Part shown: piece by piece, positions 27,346 to 43,371 of the stretch
How positions within the stretch are numbered: the stretch's first letter is position 1
Layout: every line of letters starts with the position of its first letter
Assembly (NCBI GenBank): GCA_951406725.2
Contig: OX597818.1
Span: forward strand, 82,460,001-82,524,000
Direction of reading: 5' to 3'
DNA length: 64,000 bases
Origin: Octopus vulgaris
Taxonomy: Eukaryota
Program-made: the position numbers and the translations under genes
The notes under the pieces: generated by a model
Told to the model about the DNA's origin: nothing
The model's input: the letters and a program-made list of their open reading frames with translations, nothing else
Database searches by the model: none

Positions 27346-27962
27346 GTTCCATATGGGGGAATCTACGTAGATACACTCATTAATTTATTGTGGATAGGCG
27401 ATTTTAAATATTTCGGTACACAGCATTTTTCATATTCACCTACCATATAGTACTAAAACCGCAATAAAAAAGGGGAAACGTTTCGCCTATATTCCATAAT
27501 TCAATCCCTAGTAGATTTGCATAAATTTTTTCGAAATTATTTACAAATATTATCGTTATTTTTTCATTTGGCTTTGAAAGTCTTGTTCTTAAGTGTTCGT
27601 TTTTCGTATTTGCTTATTTCCATTCAGTTTCATGTTACTAAAATGAGTTGAATTTTCATTCATATTTATCAGCTGTTAAGTATTTTCTTCTATTCGTCCA
27701 TACTTCTCCCACTATCCACCAATCCATCCACATAGTCTGGCAGCGTGCATCTAGCCATTCAAACATACATATATAAATATATCAGAAGTCTGGTGGATAT
27801 GCATATCTCAATGTTTCTCTCTCCGTAATATAGCTAGTTAAGAAATTTAGAGGCCGAGTGATACTGAAGATTTCTAAAAGGAGAGAAATGGAACTATTCA
27901 TTACTATCTCTAACACGAAATTGCACGAATTCCCAACAAGTATAACGTGTGCTGAATCGAAA

Positions 27963-28253
<291 letters not shown>

Positions 28254-28417
28254 ATAAATGCTACATGTTTCGGTTTAACCTCTCGTTTTCTCATCCTGTC
28301 TTACTGGCTACATTTCACTCTTCCACACCCATGTTTCTATTAGATTTGTCTACTGTGTTCTCTGTCTCTCACTCCTCATTCCTCTCTTTCCCTCTCTCAC
28401 GCTATATGTATATACAC

Positions 28418-28458
<41 letters not shown>

Positions 28459-28748
28459 GAATATAAATATCTATATGTATGCACCTGAAAGCACACACCC
28501 ATGGTGACACATTCACGTATACTTTTGCGTGTATGTGTGTTATGTAAGGTTTTTACAGATACACACATAAATACATATATAGATAAGCATGAATATAAAC
28601 GTATAGATATGTATATACATAATTATATAAGAAAATGTATGTGGATCTATGTAAAGATGTTTCGTATACATCTATCTATCTATTTATCTATCCATCTATC
28701 TATCTGTCTGCCTGTGTATATATGTATGTATGTATATATATACATATG

Positions 28749-28795
<47 letters not shown>

Positions 28796-29222
28796 CATAT
28801 ATATATACATATGAATGTGTATATATGTCTGTATAAATATATATATACACTTAATTTATATATATTCTTTGCTATGCACTAAACCGTTGAACTTGGATGT
28901 TTAGCATCACTTTGAAGGATATAGGTCCTTATCTCTGCTATACACATATATATATATATACATATATATATATCACGTCACGTGACCGACCAGACCATCA
29001 GATGTTGTTACACATCGCTGGTCACAATGCGTTCGCATTGTTTTAGCCACTGGGCCATATATATATATATATATATTTGTGCGCGTGTGCGTGTCTATAT
29101 AACAGTTTCACGTGTGTATATACAAACTATGGGCATTGGAGTATGACTAGCTTCTACGAATAATTCCTAATTCAGTATCCACAGTTTATATACACATATA
29201 GAGCTGTTATGTAGATTGATTT

Positions 29223-29261
<39 letters not shown>

Positions 29262-29289
29262 ATATATACGTATATATAGATATATGTAT

Positions 29290-29330
<41 letters not shown>

Positions 29331-29707
29331 CGTGTGTGTGTGTTTGTGTGTGTAGGGGGAAAGGAATATGTAAGTAAACAGATAGATAAATAGCTAGATC
29401 GGTACATATGGACTGAAAAGTACACGCACACACACAAACACACGTACATATACAAATAAAGACTGAAACACAGACTCACACACATACACTTCGCCCATAC
29501 GCACACACACATACACTTCGCCCATACGCACACACACATACAAACAAACAAAAAGAGAGCAGCTCTGATAACGGAAAGAGTCAACTATTTGAAATGTTCC
29601 AAGGTGCAACGAAAATTTTAGAAAAAATAATTAAGTAAATGAGTGGTAATCGAACCGGTGCGTGTGTTAAGTAACAGGGCACTGAAAGAGAACGAATCAC
29701 CCCACTC

Positions 29708-29756
<49 letters not shown>

Positions 29757-29818
29757 TATATAAACATATACATATAGATAGATAGAGATAGATATATATA
29801 TAGATAGATAGATAGATC

Positions 29819-29883
<65 letters not shown>

Positions 29884-30022
29884 GTAGATAGGTAGAGAGA
29901 CAGAGAGATAGACAGGCAGAGACAAACGGTGAAATAGATCATTAGATAGACAGACATACCTATATACACACATACACACACACATACGGACACGTATCTC
30001 TCTATCTATGTGTGTGTGATTA

Positions 30023-30082
<60 letters not shown>

Positions 30083-30149
30083 GTATACATATACACACAT
30101 ATATATATAATTAAATTAGCATATTGATGTGTTAATATTGAATGGTAGA

Positions 30150-30420
30150 AAACAGGATATACATATATATACATTACTCAAATTTAACCACTAAACTGAT
30201 GTTACTGTCATGTGATTATTAAAATCTTCCTCTAGGTAGTGGCACCCGTCACATTGTGTAAAGCAGGTTTTGTCGCTTACGTTATGCAACTACTATTTCA
30301 CGAAAGCGCTTATCCCGGAACTAAATGTACATCCGATTACGGTACCAGTTTCTGACTTAGTGTTAAGTTTGTGCTAAGTTGGATGACTAACATCTCAGAA
30401 CTAATGACACAGTATTGAAA
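30150..30420. promoter_or_regulatory. Candidate cis-regulatory module, paralog 1
   Basis: Collinear conserved blocks shared with 38776-39030, including E-box GTCATGTGA, TTATGCAA, CCCGGAA and TGACTAA. Confidence 0.35.
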
Positions 30421-30623
30421 GAATTAAATAAAAACAGTACAAAACATCAATCAACAACAATCACAAGTACATGATAAATGACCAACCCAGTTCTCTTTGT
30501 CTCTCTTCCTCTATCATTCCTCCCTCTCTTGATGTCTCTCTCTTTCGTTTTTACTCTCCCTACTGTCTGCTTGTGCGTGCCTATATCTATGTATTTATTT
30601 ATTTATCTCTCTCTCTATCTCTC

Positions 30624-30666
<43 letters not shown>

Positions 30667-30671
30667 GTCTG

Positions 30672-30714
<43 letters not shown>

Positions 30715-30832
30715 GTCTATCTATCTATTTATCTATCTATACGCACACATATATTCTGTTATACGTATATATGCTTCAGCCTTGACGCTGCGGTCGTGCT
30801 GGGTAATATACATACATACATACATACATACA

Positions 30833-30948
<116 letters not shown>

Positions 30949-30953
30949 TATAT

Positions 30954-31014
<61 letters not shown>

Positions 31015-31140
31015 TGTATGTATGTATGTATAGGCCGCGTCCTGAAGGCTGAAGCATATAAAACGATTAAAGAATAAAAGAATAGTTGTGTGTATAGATA
31101 GATAGACAGACAGAAATATATATACATACAAACACATACA

Positions 31141-31254
<114 letters not shown>

Positions 31255-31271
31255 TAATAGATAGTAGATAG

Positions 31272-31336
<65 letters not shown>

Positions 31337-31553
31337 TCTTTTATTGTTTTAACTGCTTCACTCATTTGATTCTGTCCATGCTGGAGCACCGCCTTGAAGG
31401 GTTTTTGTAGAACAAATGGACCCCAGGACGCATATCTTAAGTCTAGTATTTATTCGATCTGTCTCTTTTGACGGACCGCTATGTTACGGGGATATAAACA
31501 CGTCAGCATCGATTGCCAAACGGGGAAAGGAGACAAACACAGATACAAAGGTA

Positions 31554-31592
<39 letters not shown>

Positions 31593-31940
31593 GCACTTAC
31601 ACACAGACACACACACACACACATCTTTTGGGCGAGCGCTCTATGGAAGCAAGGGAAGCAAAATAGAAACAAAATTGAAACTATATTACTTATAATGATC
31701 GGCTTTTGGTGGAAGAGGGGGCTTGACATTCCTGCCCTCTTTTCAGTTTCCTGCCTTGACATAAGCTCATCAGTTACCTTCGATAGCTAGGGGTGAAGTT
31801 GGTCCTTGGAAACATCGAGCTTTACTTCATGAAAATTCCTCAGATATTTTGGCAATATTATAAAACGCTGTGGGTCCTGAGCCCCAATGTTTATCAATAC
31901 ATGACACACACACACACGCATATACAATATATATATATAT

Positions 31941-32110
31941 GTCTTCCCTTCTCTGGATCTTTCCTTCTCCTATGTTTCCGACGAAGATCTCCGCTCGAAA
32001 CGTTAGACCCTCCTTCATTCCTTCTTTCCTAAGCGTCCAATAATACTATATTTGTTCCACGTCCTCGCGTTGTTGTGTTTTTTTTGTGCTTTCATGTTTG
32101 GATTAACTTT
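31941..32110 (+). mobile_element. Short PLE-type element with minimal hammerhead motif in (TA)n
   Basis: 31974-32008 GTTT-CCGACGA-A-GATC-TCC-GCTC-GAAAC-GTT-AGAC. Reverse complement of the element at 39941-40097. Confidence 0.7.
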
Positions 32111-32561
32111 ATATATATATGTACAGGTATATATATATAAATACATATATATGTCAAAAATAATAATACTTTTTATAAGCTTGAATATTATAACCGACCA
32201 CCATGCATACGTAAGCTAGATAGTCTAATATTAGGGCACATAAACACTCGACGGCAAAAAGTATGGCGTGGATTCAATTCCCATGCGTACTGCAAACATT
32301 ACATTTTCTGAGGCCCCAAAATCAGATTAGTCAAACATTAGTCAAATTAGTCTTTTGACTGCGGCCATCATGATGTACCCCATTTAGTCGAACGAATCGA
32401 ATACAGGAATTATTCTTTCTAAGCCTTGTTATTATTCTATGGGTCTCGTTTTGCCGAACCACTGAGTTACGGGGATGTAAACACACCAACATCGGTTATC
32501 AAGCAGAGGTGGGAAGATAAACAGAAACACACAGACACACACATATACATACATACATACA

Positions 32562-32595
<34 letters not shown>

Positions 32596-32694
32596 AATAT
32601 ATATATATAAGTAAAATCTATATAAGTTTTATCAAGTAGCCAGCGAGGAAAAATAAATAGAAAGTATATAATTTTCTTCTTAAATATAAAATAC

Positions 32695-33010
32695 ATATTA
32701 AGGACTATTTCTATAAGTAACGCCCCACGCTGTAGAGGGACTCTAAAGTCAAACTACTTCAATAAAGATACACTGGCATCGAAATCGAGAAAATGAAAGA
32801 GGGCTTCTCATGTTCATCTCAGCCGCCCTTTTTTGGTTACGTTGTATTGATGATTGGAGAGCTGACCATGAAATCATTAATGATATACGACTAAACATTT
32901 TTTTAATGGAACTTCTAAGTTCATTTTCTCGATTTCAATGCTTCTGTAGTTTGACTTAAGAGTTCCATTACAGATTGAGCCGTTACTTATATTAATAGCC
33001 CTTGATATAT
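32695..33010. mobile_element. MITE-like element with long imperfect TIRs
   Basis: aaggactatt..ataagtaacg...aagtcaaactac...gcatcgaaatcgagaaaatgaa is mirrored by ttcattttctcgatttcaatgc...gtagtttgactt...cgttacttat..aatagccctt. Confidence 0.75.
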
Positions 33011-33296
33011 ACATCAAGGGCTATTAATATAGATACATGTATATGTATATGAGAGATATGTATATATGTAAGTAAATGCACTTACATATATAGACATGGT
33101 CTACTTTCAGTTTCTGTCTACCAAATCCACTCACAAGACTATGGTGGACCAACGGCTACAGTTGAGGAATTTAACCCAAGCTGCCACGTTGTGGGATTGA
33201 ACCTGGAACCATGTGGTTGGGAAGCAAGCTTCTTAACACACAACCACGATATATATATATATATATATTGATATATGAATATATAAGTGTGTGTAT

Positions 33297-33377
<81 letters not shown>

Positions 33378-33949
33378 TACATACGTTAAGTGTATTATAT
33401 ATATAAACTTGCATTATGTGGGTGATAATTTGAAATGAGGCGTTACAATCATATCTAGTCCATCAAGTGCTTCAAATTCTGTGTATGTACATATATTTAC
33501 TAGATTGCTGACATCTACTATGGATTTTCGTCATTGTGCTGATGTGCCATTTTCTGTCAGAAATAAAATAGTCGGCATTTTTGCTGACGCGAATATACTA
33601 TTATATATATAGGAAAGATTCAGGGGTATAATTACAAGGTAGCCAGATGTCTCATAGATGTCCTAGAAATCAGTGATGACACTCGTGTGGGAATTAATTC
33701 CGAGGAGAAGGGAGACGTATTTTGGGAGAACAGAGGAAAAATTGAATAAGGGAGACAAACTCTCAAGATATTATTAAATCATTTATATTTTCGTATCAAC
33801 GACCTATGTTCCGATGGATGCATTGAAAATATATCCAACCGGATGGATAACGTAGAGCAATGCATCAGTCACATCAAGGAGGATACGAATAATAGAGTGC
33901 ATCAATAAGACATTATAATAGCTATAAGAAACTCCAATAAGTGACGTAA

Positions 33950-34014
<65 letters not shown>

Positions 34015-34295
34015 TAGATAGATAGATATATACGTATACATACATATATACATACATACATACACAAATACACACACATAAGCGTATACATATATGCATA
34101 AATATATATAAACATATACATACATACACATACATACATATATATATACATGCACACATGGACACATATATAAATCTACATGCATATACATACAGATATG
34201 TTTTGCAAACAACTTGCACATGCGAGTGCTACCAGTCGAGATCTCCGCATAATTAAGACATTATAAAAGATATAAGAAACTCCAATATGTGACGT

Positions 34296-34345
<50 letters not shown>

Positions 34346-34346
34346 A

Positions 34347-34392
<46 letters not shown>

Positions 34393-34779
34393 AGTATACA
34401 TACATAAACATTTATACATACTCATACATACGCATAAGCATATACATATACATATAAACATATATACACATGTACATACATGCACACATGGACACATATA
34501 TAAATATACATGCATATACATGCATACACATATACATATATGGAAAGCGAAGTTGTGAAGGGAACGCTAAAAAAATTTTTAAATGCCGTTGAGAATTCAG
34601 ACGTCATAGGGCGAGGGAAGAAAAGAAAGTATAGAAGAAGAAAGAGGGAACGAAAGAACGAAAGTTAAAGGAGAAAGGGAGGTGAGAGCAAATAGAGAAT
34701 AAATGATAGATGGAAAGAAAATATGAAGAGAAGAATAGGGGATATGGGAATGTAAGTTGCAGGAACTATTATTAGGTGA

Positions 34780-35130
34780 GGAGTAGATATTATTTAAAAA
34801 AGGCAAATGAGCGTTTTCACTCAGTGCAAACACCTGTAAACACGTTCATTAAAGTTGTTTACCAGTTTATGTTCAGAAAAGAGAATAGATAGCTGTTCGT
34901 CCGTACAAAGAGGAGAGAAAGATTTCCCTTTGTCATAGGGAAATGATCTTGATAAAATTTTCGAATCTGAAGAAAAATGTTTATTGGAGTCTTTCAGGTA
35001 CCAAATTAGCTTACAATCTCCTCTAGTATTACGCTTATGACTGCATTTAAAAGTGGAAAGATGGTTCGCGATACGGTTTTTCAACTCTGTAGAAGCTAAT
35101 GCCATATAAAAGAGTTCTTTAGATCCAGAG
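34780..35130 (-). mobile_element. Penelope-like element GIY-YIG endonuclease fragment
   Basis: YMALASTELKNRIANHLSTF...KLIWYLKD...Y...PLCTDE...LVN...RCLH follows the PLE endonuclease pattern (YIG..K.R...H..F, IW.LK, CxLC, LN, CxH). Confidence 0.75.
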
Positions 35131-35381
35131 GTAATTTTACCAATGCAAAATTACCTGATATGTTGAGGTCTTGGGTAGAGAATGCAAATCCTTAATTCAT
35201 ACACTACAAGTGATCACGATATCTGGGACTATAAAAACCTGCCAGAGCTTAAGATTTAAAGGGTGATGGTTAAATGTAGATTCTTTCTTTCATAACATTG
35301 TTACCAAGTAGGTGGCGGTCAAAATTTACTCTAAATTAAAATGAGAAAGACAAACACGCACACACACACGTACACACACAC

Positions 35382-35427
<46 letters not shown>

Positions 35428-36168
35428 ACACTCACGCATACACATACCACTTTTATTTATTACTTGGTTAGTCATCCAAATGCAGTCATGCAGGGCCAAA
35501 TACTCCAAGTACTTATTCAGCTGCTTTCTCCGAAGTTATTAAGTTACAGGGACGTAAGGAGACTAACATCAGTTTTCAAGCAATGAGGGTGATGCAAGCA
35601 CATTCATATGTATGTACGTAAGGGATCCGGGTAGTTTTGTTTCTACCAGATCCACTCATAAGGTTGTGAATCACCCAGGACTATAGAAGAAGACACTTGT
35701 CCACGATGCCACTGGGTGCCACACATGTCAGATGTTGAAATGATCGCAGAGCCATGTTAAACGAAGTGCTTTGTTCAAAAACACAACGCAACGCCCGCGC
35801 TGGGAATCGATCCCACGATCTCGCAATCGTGAGTGCAACACACTAACCACTAAGCCATGCCATGCACAAACATACACACACATGTATATATGTATGTATG
35901 AATGTATGTATGTATGTATGTATGTATGTATGTATGTATGTATATGTGAATATTTGTGTGTGTTTGTGTGTGTATATAGGCACACGTATATTCTCATAGC
36001 ATAAGCGATACCAAATACCCTTCAAACTTATATCGTCAGATCTTTAGCTGCATTCTAGCTTTTTTAGCGAGGCTGCAACTACGGTAGTTGTATATGAAAG
36101 CTGGCATTTCTTTGAAGATGCAATATATCTACGTCTTCACTTCAAAAAGAAGGTCTATGCTAACATAC

Positions 36169-36234
36169 CCACCCGTTAGACACTACTTCAACATGAATGA
36201 GGCTTGTATTGGATATTGACTTTAAATTTGCCAT
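36169..36234 (-). CDS. Candidate first coding segment (MANLKSISNTSLIHVEVVSNGW) in exon 36169-36312
   Basis: Acceptor gctttcag| at 36312, ccATGG context with an in-frame upstream stop, donor TGG|gtatgt in phase 0. Confidence 0.35.
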
Positions 36235-36355
36235 GGACCCCGTTTACAAGTATTTAGCTTCTGCATATGTAGATCTGGAAGGCTTTCAGTTAACTTCCAC
36301 TTGTGGATAAGGCTGAAAGCAATACCCTACTACAACTGAATTACACACGCTCACG

Positions 36356-36388
<33 letters not shown>

Positions 36389-36977
36389 ACGCGTGAGGAC
36401 ATGTGTCTGTGTGTTCGTAGCTACACAGATAAATGCATAGCTGCAGGCACACAGACACAAACACAGACACACAGACACACACACCTCGCATACATACAAG
36501 CACACACACGCTCTCTGGGTGCCAGTATTTATATGTATGTAGATATATATGCATGTATGTATATATATATATATATATATATACTCTCTTTTACTCTTTT
36601 ACTTGTTTCAGTCATTTGACTGCGGCCATGCTGGAGCACCGTCTTTAGTCGAGCAAATCAACCCCGGGACTTATTCTTTGTAAGCCCAGTAATTATTCTA
36701 TCGGACTCTTTTGCCGAACCGCTAAAACAGAGACATACACGCACACAAACACATACATATATATACATATACCACGGGCTCCTTTCCAGTTTCTGTCTAC
36801 CAAATCAACTCATAAGGACTGAACCCAGAATCACGTAGTTTGTAATAAAACTTCTTACCACATAGCCACGCCTAACGCAGACATATTTTTGCTTATATGT
36901 ATAAATTCATATCTGTGTGTGTGCATATATATATCTATATATATATATTTGTTCACACTTTTATGTATATACATACA

Positions 36978-37055
<78 letters not shown>

Positions 37056-37056
37056 G

Positions 37057-37478
37057 TCGCAGAAGTGGCTGTGTGGTAAATAGCTTGCTAACCAACCACA
37101 TGGTTCCGGGTTCAGTCCCACTGTGTGGCATTTTGGGCAAGTGTCTTCTGCTATAGCCCCGGGCCGACCAATACCTTGTGAGTGGATTTGGTTGACGGAA
37201 ACTGAAAGAAGCCTGTCGTATATATGTATATATATGTATGTGTGTATATGTTTGTGTGTCTGCGTTTGTCTCCCTAGCATTGCTTGACAACCGATGCTGG
37301 TGAGTTTACGATAATAGGGTGCTTATATACCCTTAACTTAGCGGTTCGGCAAAAGAGTCCGATAGAATAAGTACTAGACTTACTAAGAATATTACCGGGG
37401 GTAGATTTTTTCGACTAATACCCTTAAAGGCGGTGCTCCAGCATGGCCGCAGTGAGATGACTGAAACAATTAAAAGAA
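37057..37478 (+). mobile_element. SINE family A, near complete
   Basis: gcagaagtggctgtgtggtaaatagcttgc...ggttcagtccc...ttgggcaagtgtcttc...tail gctccagcatggccgcag...gactgaaac. Confidence 0.88.
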
Positions 37479-37617
37479 TATACATATTTATATATAAGTG
37501 TGTGGCTGCGTGTGTGCGTGGGTGTGTGTGTGTATGTGTGTGTTTGTGTGTGTTTTATATATGCAAGCATAGTATATATAACATTTCTTCTCACCTATCT
37601 AAATGTATGTTTATCAG

Positions 37618-37882
37618 TGTATGTATGTATGTATGTATGTATGTATGTATGTATGTATGTATGTATGTATGTATGTATGTATGTATGTATGTATGTATGT
37701 ATGTATGTATGTATGTATGTATGTATGTATGTATGTATGTATGTATGTATGTATGTATGTATGTATGTATGTATGTATGTATGTACGTACGTATGTATTT
37801 ATGTATGTATGTATGTATGTATGTATGTATGTATAAATCTATCTATCTTTCTATCTATTTTCTATCTATCTATCTATCTAAA

Positions 37883-37953
<71 letters not shown>

Positions 37954-37960
37954 ATATCTA
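37618..37960. repeat. (TATG)n followed by (TATC)n microsatellite
   Basis: Read directly from the sequence. Confidence 0.97.
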
Positions 37961-38029
37961 CCTCTATCTCTTTGTGTGTCTATTTCTCTCCATGTGTGTG
38001 TTTGTGTGTGTTTTGTGTGCGTATTCTTT

Positions 38030-38237
38030 TGTTTTATTCTTTTATTCGTTTCAGTCATTTCGCTGCGGCCATGCTGAAGCACCGCATGTAGTCGAGCAAA
38101 TCGACCCCAGGACTTATTCTTTGTAAGCGTAGTACTTATTGTATCGGTCACTCTGCCGAACCGCTATGTTACGGGTACGTAAAGACACCAAGATCTGTTG
38201 TCAAGCGATGGTGGTGGTGGTGGTGGGGTGTGAGGAG

Positions 38238-38276
<39 letters not shown>

Positions 38277-38446
38277 TATATATATATACATATATACGTC
38301 AGCTTTCTTTCAGTTTCCGTCTACCAAATCCACTCACAAGGCATTGGTCGGCCCGGTGCTATAGCAGAAGACACTTGCCCAAAATGCTACGCAGTGGGAC
38401 TGAACCCGGAACCATGTGGTTGGTTAGCAAGCTACTTACCACACAG

Positions 38447-38450
<4 letters not shown>
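38030..38450 (-). mobile_element. SINE family A, near complete
   Basis: Reverse complement of the 37057-37478 type. Confidence 0.88.
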
Positions 38451-38542
<92 letters not shown>

Positions 38543-38775
38543 TAGATAGATATATAGATACATACATACATACATACATACATACATACATACATACATA
38601 CATACATACATGCATACATGCATACATGCATGCATACATACACACACACATACATACATACTTACATACATACATACATACATACATGCATACATACATA
38701 CATACATACATACATACATACATACATACATACAATGATGTTCATCACATTTTCCTCGCTCGTTTACAATGAATC

Positions 38776-39030
38776 AAACAGGATATGTACTATTCAAAGG
38801 AAACAGTCAACATGATGCGTCAGTCATGTGACTACCTAAAATCTTCCTGTGTTTTCGTGGTACCCGTTACAATATTAGCAAAAGCACTGGTTAGTTATGT
38901 AATACATTGGCGGGGAAATCATTAACGTACTTTTCCCGGAACTAAATCTATTTATGATTTGGCTAGAAACTTCAATGAGTCTAGGTGCTAGGCTGGGTGA
39001 CTAACCTCTGAGTGATGAGGACATTCAAAA
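38776..39030. promoter_or_regulatory. Candidate cis-regulatory module, paralog 2
   Basis: GTCATGTGAC at 38823, TTATGTAA at 38895, TTCCCGGAA at 38933, TGACTAA near 38998; collinear with 30150-30420. Confidence 0.35.
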
Positions 39031-39792
39031 AGAAAAAAAAGAAAAAGAAAAAATATAATATATACAGGAATAATAGGAAAATGAGTGATGACTGCGGTAT
39101 GAAAAGGTGTATCGTGTACACTTTCATGTGTTAGCATAAATAGCAAACACTTCATTGAATATTTCTTTATAGTCATTTTACCGCTGCACCTCTCTCTCAC
39201 ACTTTCTCTCCTACTCCGCCACTCTCCATTTCCCTCTACACTCCCTCCCTCTCCCTCTCTCTCTTTCTCTCTCTCACTCATTCTCCCAACTCTCTCGCTC
39301 TCTCTCCCTATATGTACATGCTGTATGTGCGTACATAGGTATATTACATATATATATATATATATATACTCAGACATGCATGCACACACATACTTGCTTG
39401 TACGCATATATGTTATGTTCGAGGCAACGTATATATATATGTTTATATATATAAATGCATATATACACACACATATATATATATACACATACACATACAC
39501 ACACATACGCCGCACACACATATATCCATACATGCATATATACACATTTGTGTCGTTGTGTTCAACTTTAAATATCCGTGTCTGGATTTTAAATGCCTTT
39601 GCATGTGGTTGTATGTACGTAATTATATGTACCTGTGTAGTAAGTTACTTGCTTCCCAACCACATTGTTCCGGGTTCAATCCCCCTACGTGACCACTTGG
39701 GCCAGTGTCTTCTGCTATAGCTTCGCGCCGACCAAACCGTTGTCAGTGAATTGGGTAGATGGAAACTGAAAGAAGACCGTTGCATATCTATA

Positions 39793-39870
<78 letters not shown>

Positions 39871-39884
39871 GCTAGCTAGCTAGC

Positions 39885-39940
<56 letters not shown>

Positions 39941-39945
<5 letters not shown>

Positions 39946-40095
39946 ATCCAAACATGAAAGCACAAAAAAAACACAACAACGCGAGGACGTGGAACAAATA
40001 TAATATTATTGGACGCTCAGGAAAGAAGGAAAGAAGGAGGGTTTAACATTTTCGAGCCGAGCTCTTCGTCGGAAACAGAGGAGAAGGAAAGATCG

Positions 40096-40097
<2 letters not shown>
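39941..40097 (-). mobile_element. Short PLE-type element with minimal hammerhead motif, inserted in (TA)n
   Basis: Reverse complement of 40041-40076 reads GTTT-CCGACGA-A-GAGC-TCG-GCTC-GAAA-ATGTT-AAAC. (TA)n on both sides. Confidence 0.72.
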
Positions 40098-40183
<86 letters not shown>

Positions 40184-40201
40184 CTATATCTATATATTCA
40201 T

Positions 40202-40234
<33 letters not shown>

Positions 40235-40254
40235 TATCTATATATTCATATACA

Positions 40255-40290
<36 letters not shown>

Positions 40291-40389
40291 TCATAAATGG
40301 TAAAATTAATTAATTAATTATTAATTAATAATTTTACCAAGTAGTTCGGTATGTGAAAAGAAACATTATTGGTAAACAAAAATTCTATA

Positions 40390-41165
<776 letters not shown>

Positions 41166-41219
41166 TCTGTTTCAACACACGACTTCACATAAAAAATCTT
41201 GCACAACAAATGTTTAAAC

Positions 41220-41275
<56 letters not shown>

Positions 41276-41398
41276 ATATATAGTGCGTGTGTTTTTATTG
41301 GGTAAACTGGCAAAATGACCATTCCCAAAATACAACAATATCTGTTTCAACACACGATTTCACATAAAAAATCTTGCACAACAAATATATATATATAT

Positions 41399-41460
<62 letters not shown>

Positions 41461-41463
<3 letters not shown>

Positions 41464-42040
41464 TGAGAAAGTTGGTTTGTGAAAGCACGTGGTTGAATAT
41501 ATAGAAAATAGTAAAAAGTGAAAAAACTACAGAAGGCTTGTTTTAAAAGGTTTAAAAAATATATATTTGAGTCAATATGTCTGAAGAATGTTATAAATTT
41601 TTTTATACAATGACATAGTTTAGAAGAAATAACCGGTTTCGCGTCTAGCTTTTGAAATTTCTTAAATCGTTATGTTTACATTGAGCGGAGATCTAGATAA
41701 GGGGAGGTAATAAGTGATTTCTTCCGGTGTAAGAGAGATAATCGCTTAAAATTATTTGCCTTTCTTTTGGATTGAGTTTCTCTGTATAAGTATGTTGGAA
41801 TGGTTAAGTTTGGGCTTGTATTTTTCAATGAAGAATGTTTCCTTGTTTAGTCTAATTTGTGTTGGTGTTCCGATAGCACATTGGTAGAATAGAAAGATTA
41901 AAAATTGTGGTAGTAGTTGCTTTGCGCATTTCTCAATATGCTCACTAAAGGGTATCATTCTGTATTCTGGGAATGCAATCTGTTGTCGATGTAGTGTGCA
42001 TTTACGTCTGAGTGACAGTCCCGTGGATCCCACGTAGTCT
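41461..42040 (-). mobile_element. Penelope-like element 3' fragment (GIY-YIG endonuclease + 3'UTR) ending at (TA)n
   Basis: YVGSTGLSLRRKCTLHRQQI...SEHIEKC...RLNKETFFIEKYKPKLN, a PLE GIY-YIG pattern. Confidence 0.85.
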
Positions 42041-43338
42041 TGAGAAATACAAACCAGCCGATCTTCTGATTACCTCATTTCTTCTAATATATAATACCTG
42101 TACATCATGTCCAAACCTTCCAATATATATATATGTATGACGGGTCTTTTTCAGTTTCCGTCTCCTCATTCCACTCACAAGATTTTCGTCGGTTCGAGGC
42201 TATAGTAGAAGACACTAGTCCATGGTACCATACAGTGGGAGTGAACCCGGAACCATGTGGTTGGAAATAAAGCTTCTTCATATGCAACACCACCTGCGCC
42301 TGTAAGTAAAGATTTTCAAATTATTTATTTGATTTCGGTAAACTTTTTTTTAAATACTTTTTTAACTGTAAAACTTTAGGCTGCTCTGATTTAAGGAAAT
42401 CCCTTATACTTGGGGAACACAAATTAGGGTGTCCTTGGTCATGATATTTATTCGCCTCTAGGTAAATCTGGCTCTGTTCACATTATATGTCGTTTAGAAA
42501 TAGTAGTATACCAGTTGCACAACGAAATCAGTGGAGCAGCTACTGGAAGTGGAACCTAAAATGGCCCTTGAATGTGTCGCCGATTCCACCACAACCACCA
42601 TCTCAGGGCCTCCAACCAGTACAAGCTTTATACAGCAGACAAAAAAATTTCACTTCCCTAAAAGCGTCGCCCGAGGCTGATGGAAACTTTGGGGACGTTA
42701 AGTACGTCATAGTTACAAAATCGTTAAAAGAAATGGAGAGCGCATCGAAATATCGAAATATTCACTGTCGCAACCAAATACAGTGATTTGTGTATAAATG
42801 TAGATATATTTCTCTGTTATATGTATATATAAAAATACGTGCAACAGCATGCATGTACACATATACATATGCCATGCGCCTACACACAAACTCTCTCTCT
42901 CTCTCTCTCTTCCTCACAAACACACATATATGAACACGCACATATACAGGCACACATATATAAACATCTGCATACATAATCATATACATATAAATACATA
43001 TGTGTGTGTGTGTGTCACTGTGTGTCTGTTTGTATGTGTGTGTATGTATTTCTATATATGCATGCATATGTATGGCTGTGTGTGTGCAATTATATATATG
43101 TATATATGCAATATATCATGATATTGAGTTATGTTATATAGATTATTATAAAGATGTTTAAATGATTTTTTTTTCTTATGTATGTACTTGGATATTCTAT
43201 ATTCTGTCTTTCACTTAAAATATTTCCCTACACACACACATTCACACACACACATGTATATACATATCTACACACATATATGTATATATATATATATATA
43301 TATGCATCCACATCTACCTTTATATGTATGCATATATG

Positions 43339-43371
<33 letters not shown>

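Noticed and set aside
30195-30400. snoRNA or miRNA reading of the duplicated module
   Set aside because: C/D boxes are imperfect and not shared by both copies; the hairpin in copy 1 is not conserved in copy 2.
31735-31785. CTGATGA...GAAA on the minus strand as a hammerhead, and a nearby gtaact donor as an exon
   Set aside because: Two extra nucleotides before GAAA and no convincing helix I/III; all three frames of the putative exon are closed.
34815-34830. In-frame TGA in the PLE endonuclease as selenocysteine
   Set aside because: It follows CLH at a position more easily explained by CGA->TGA decay; no SECIS identified.
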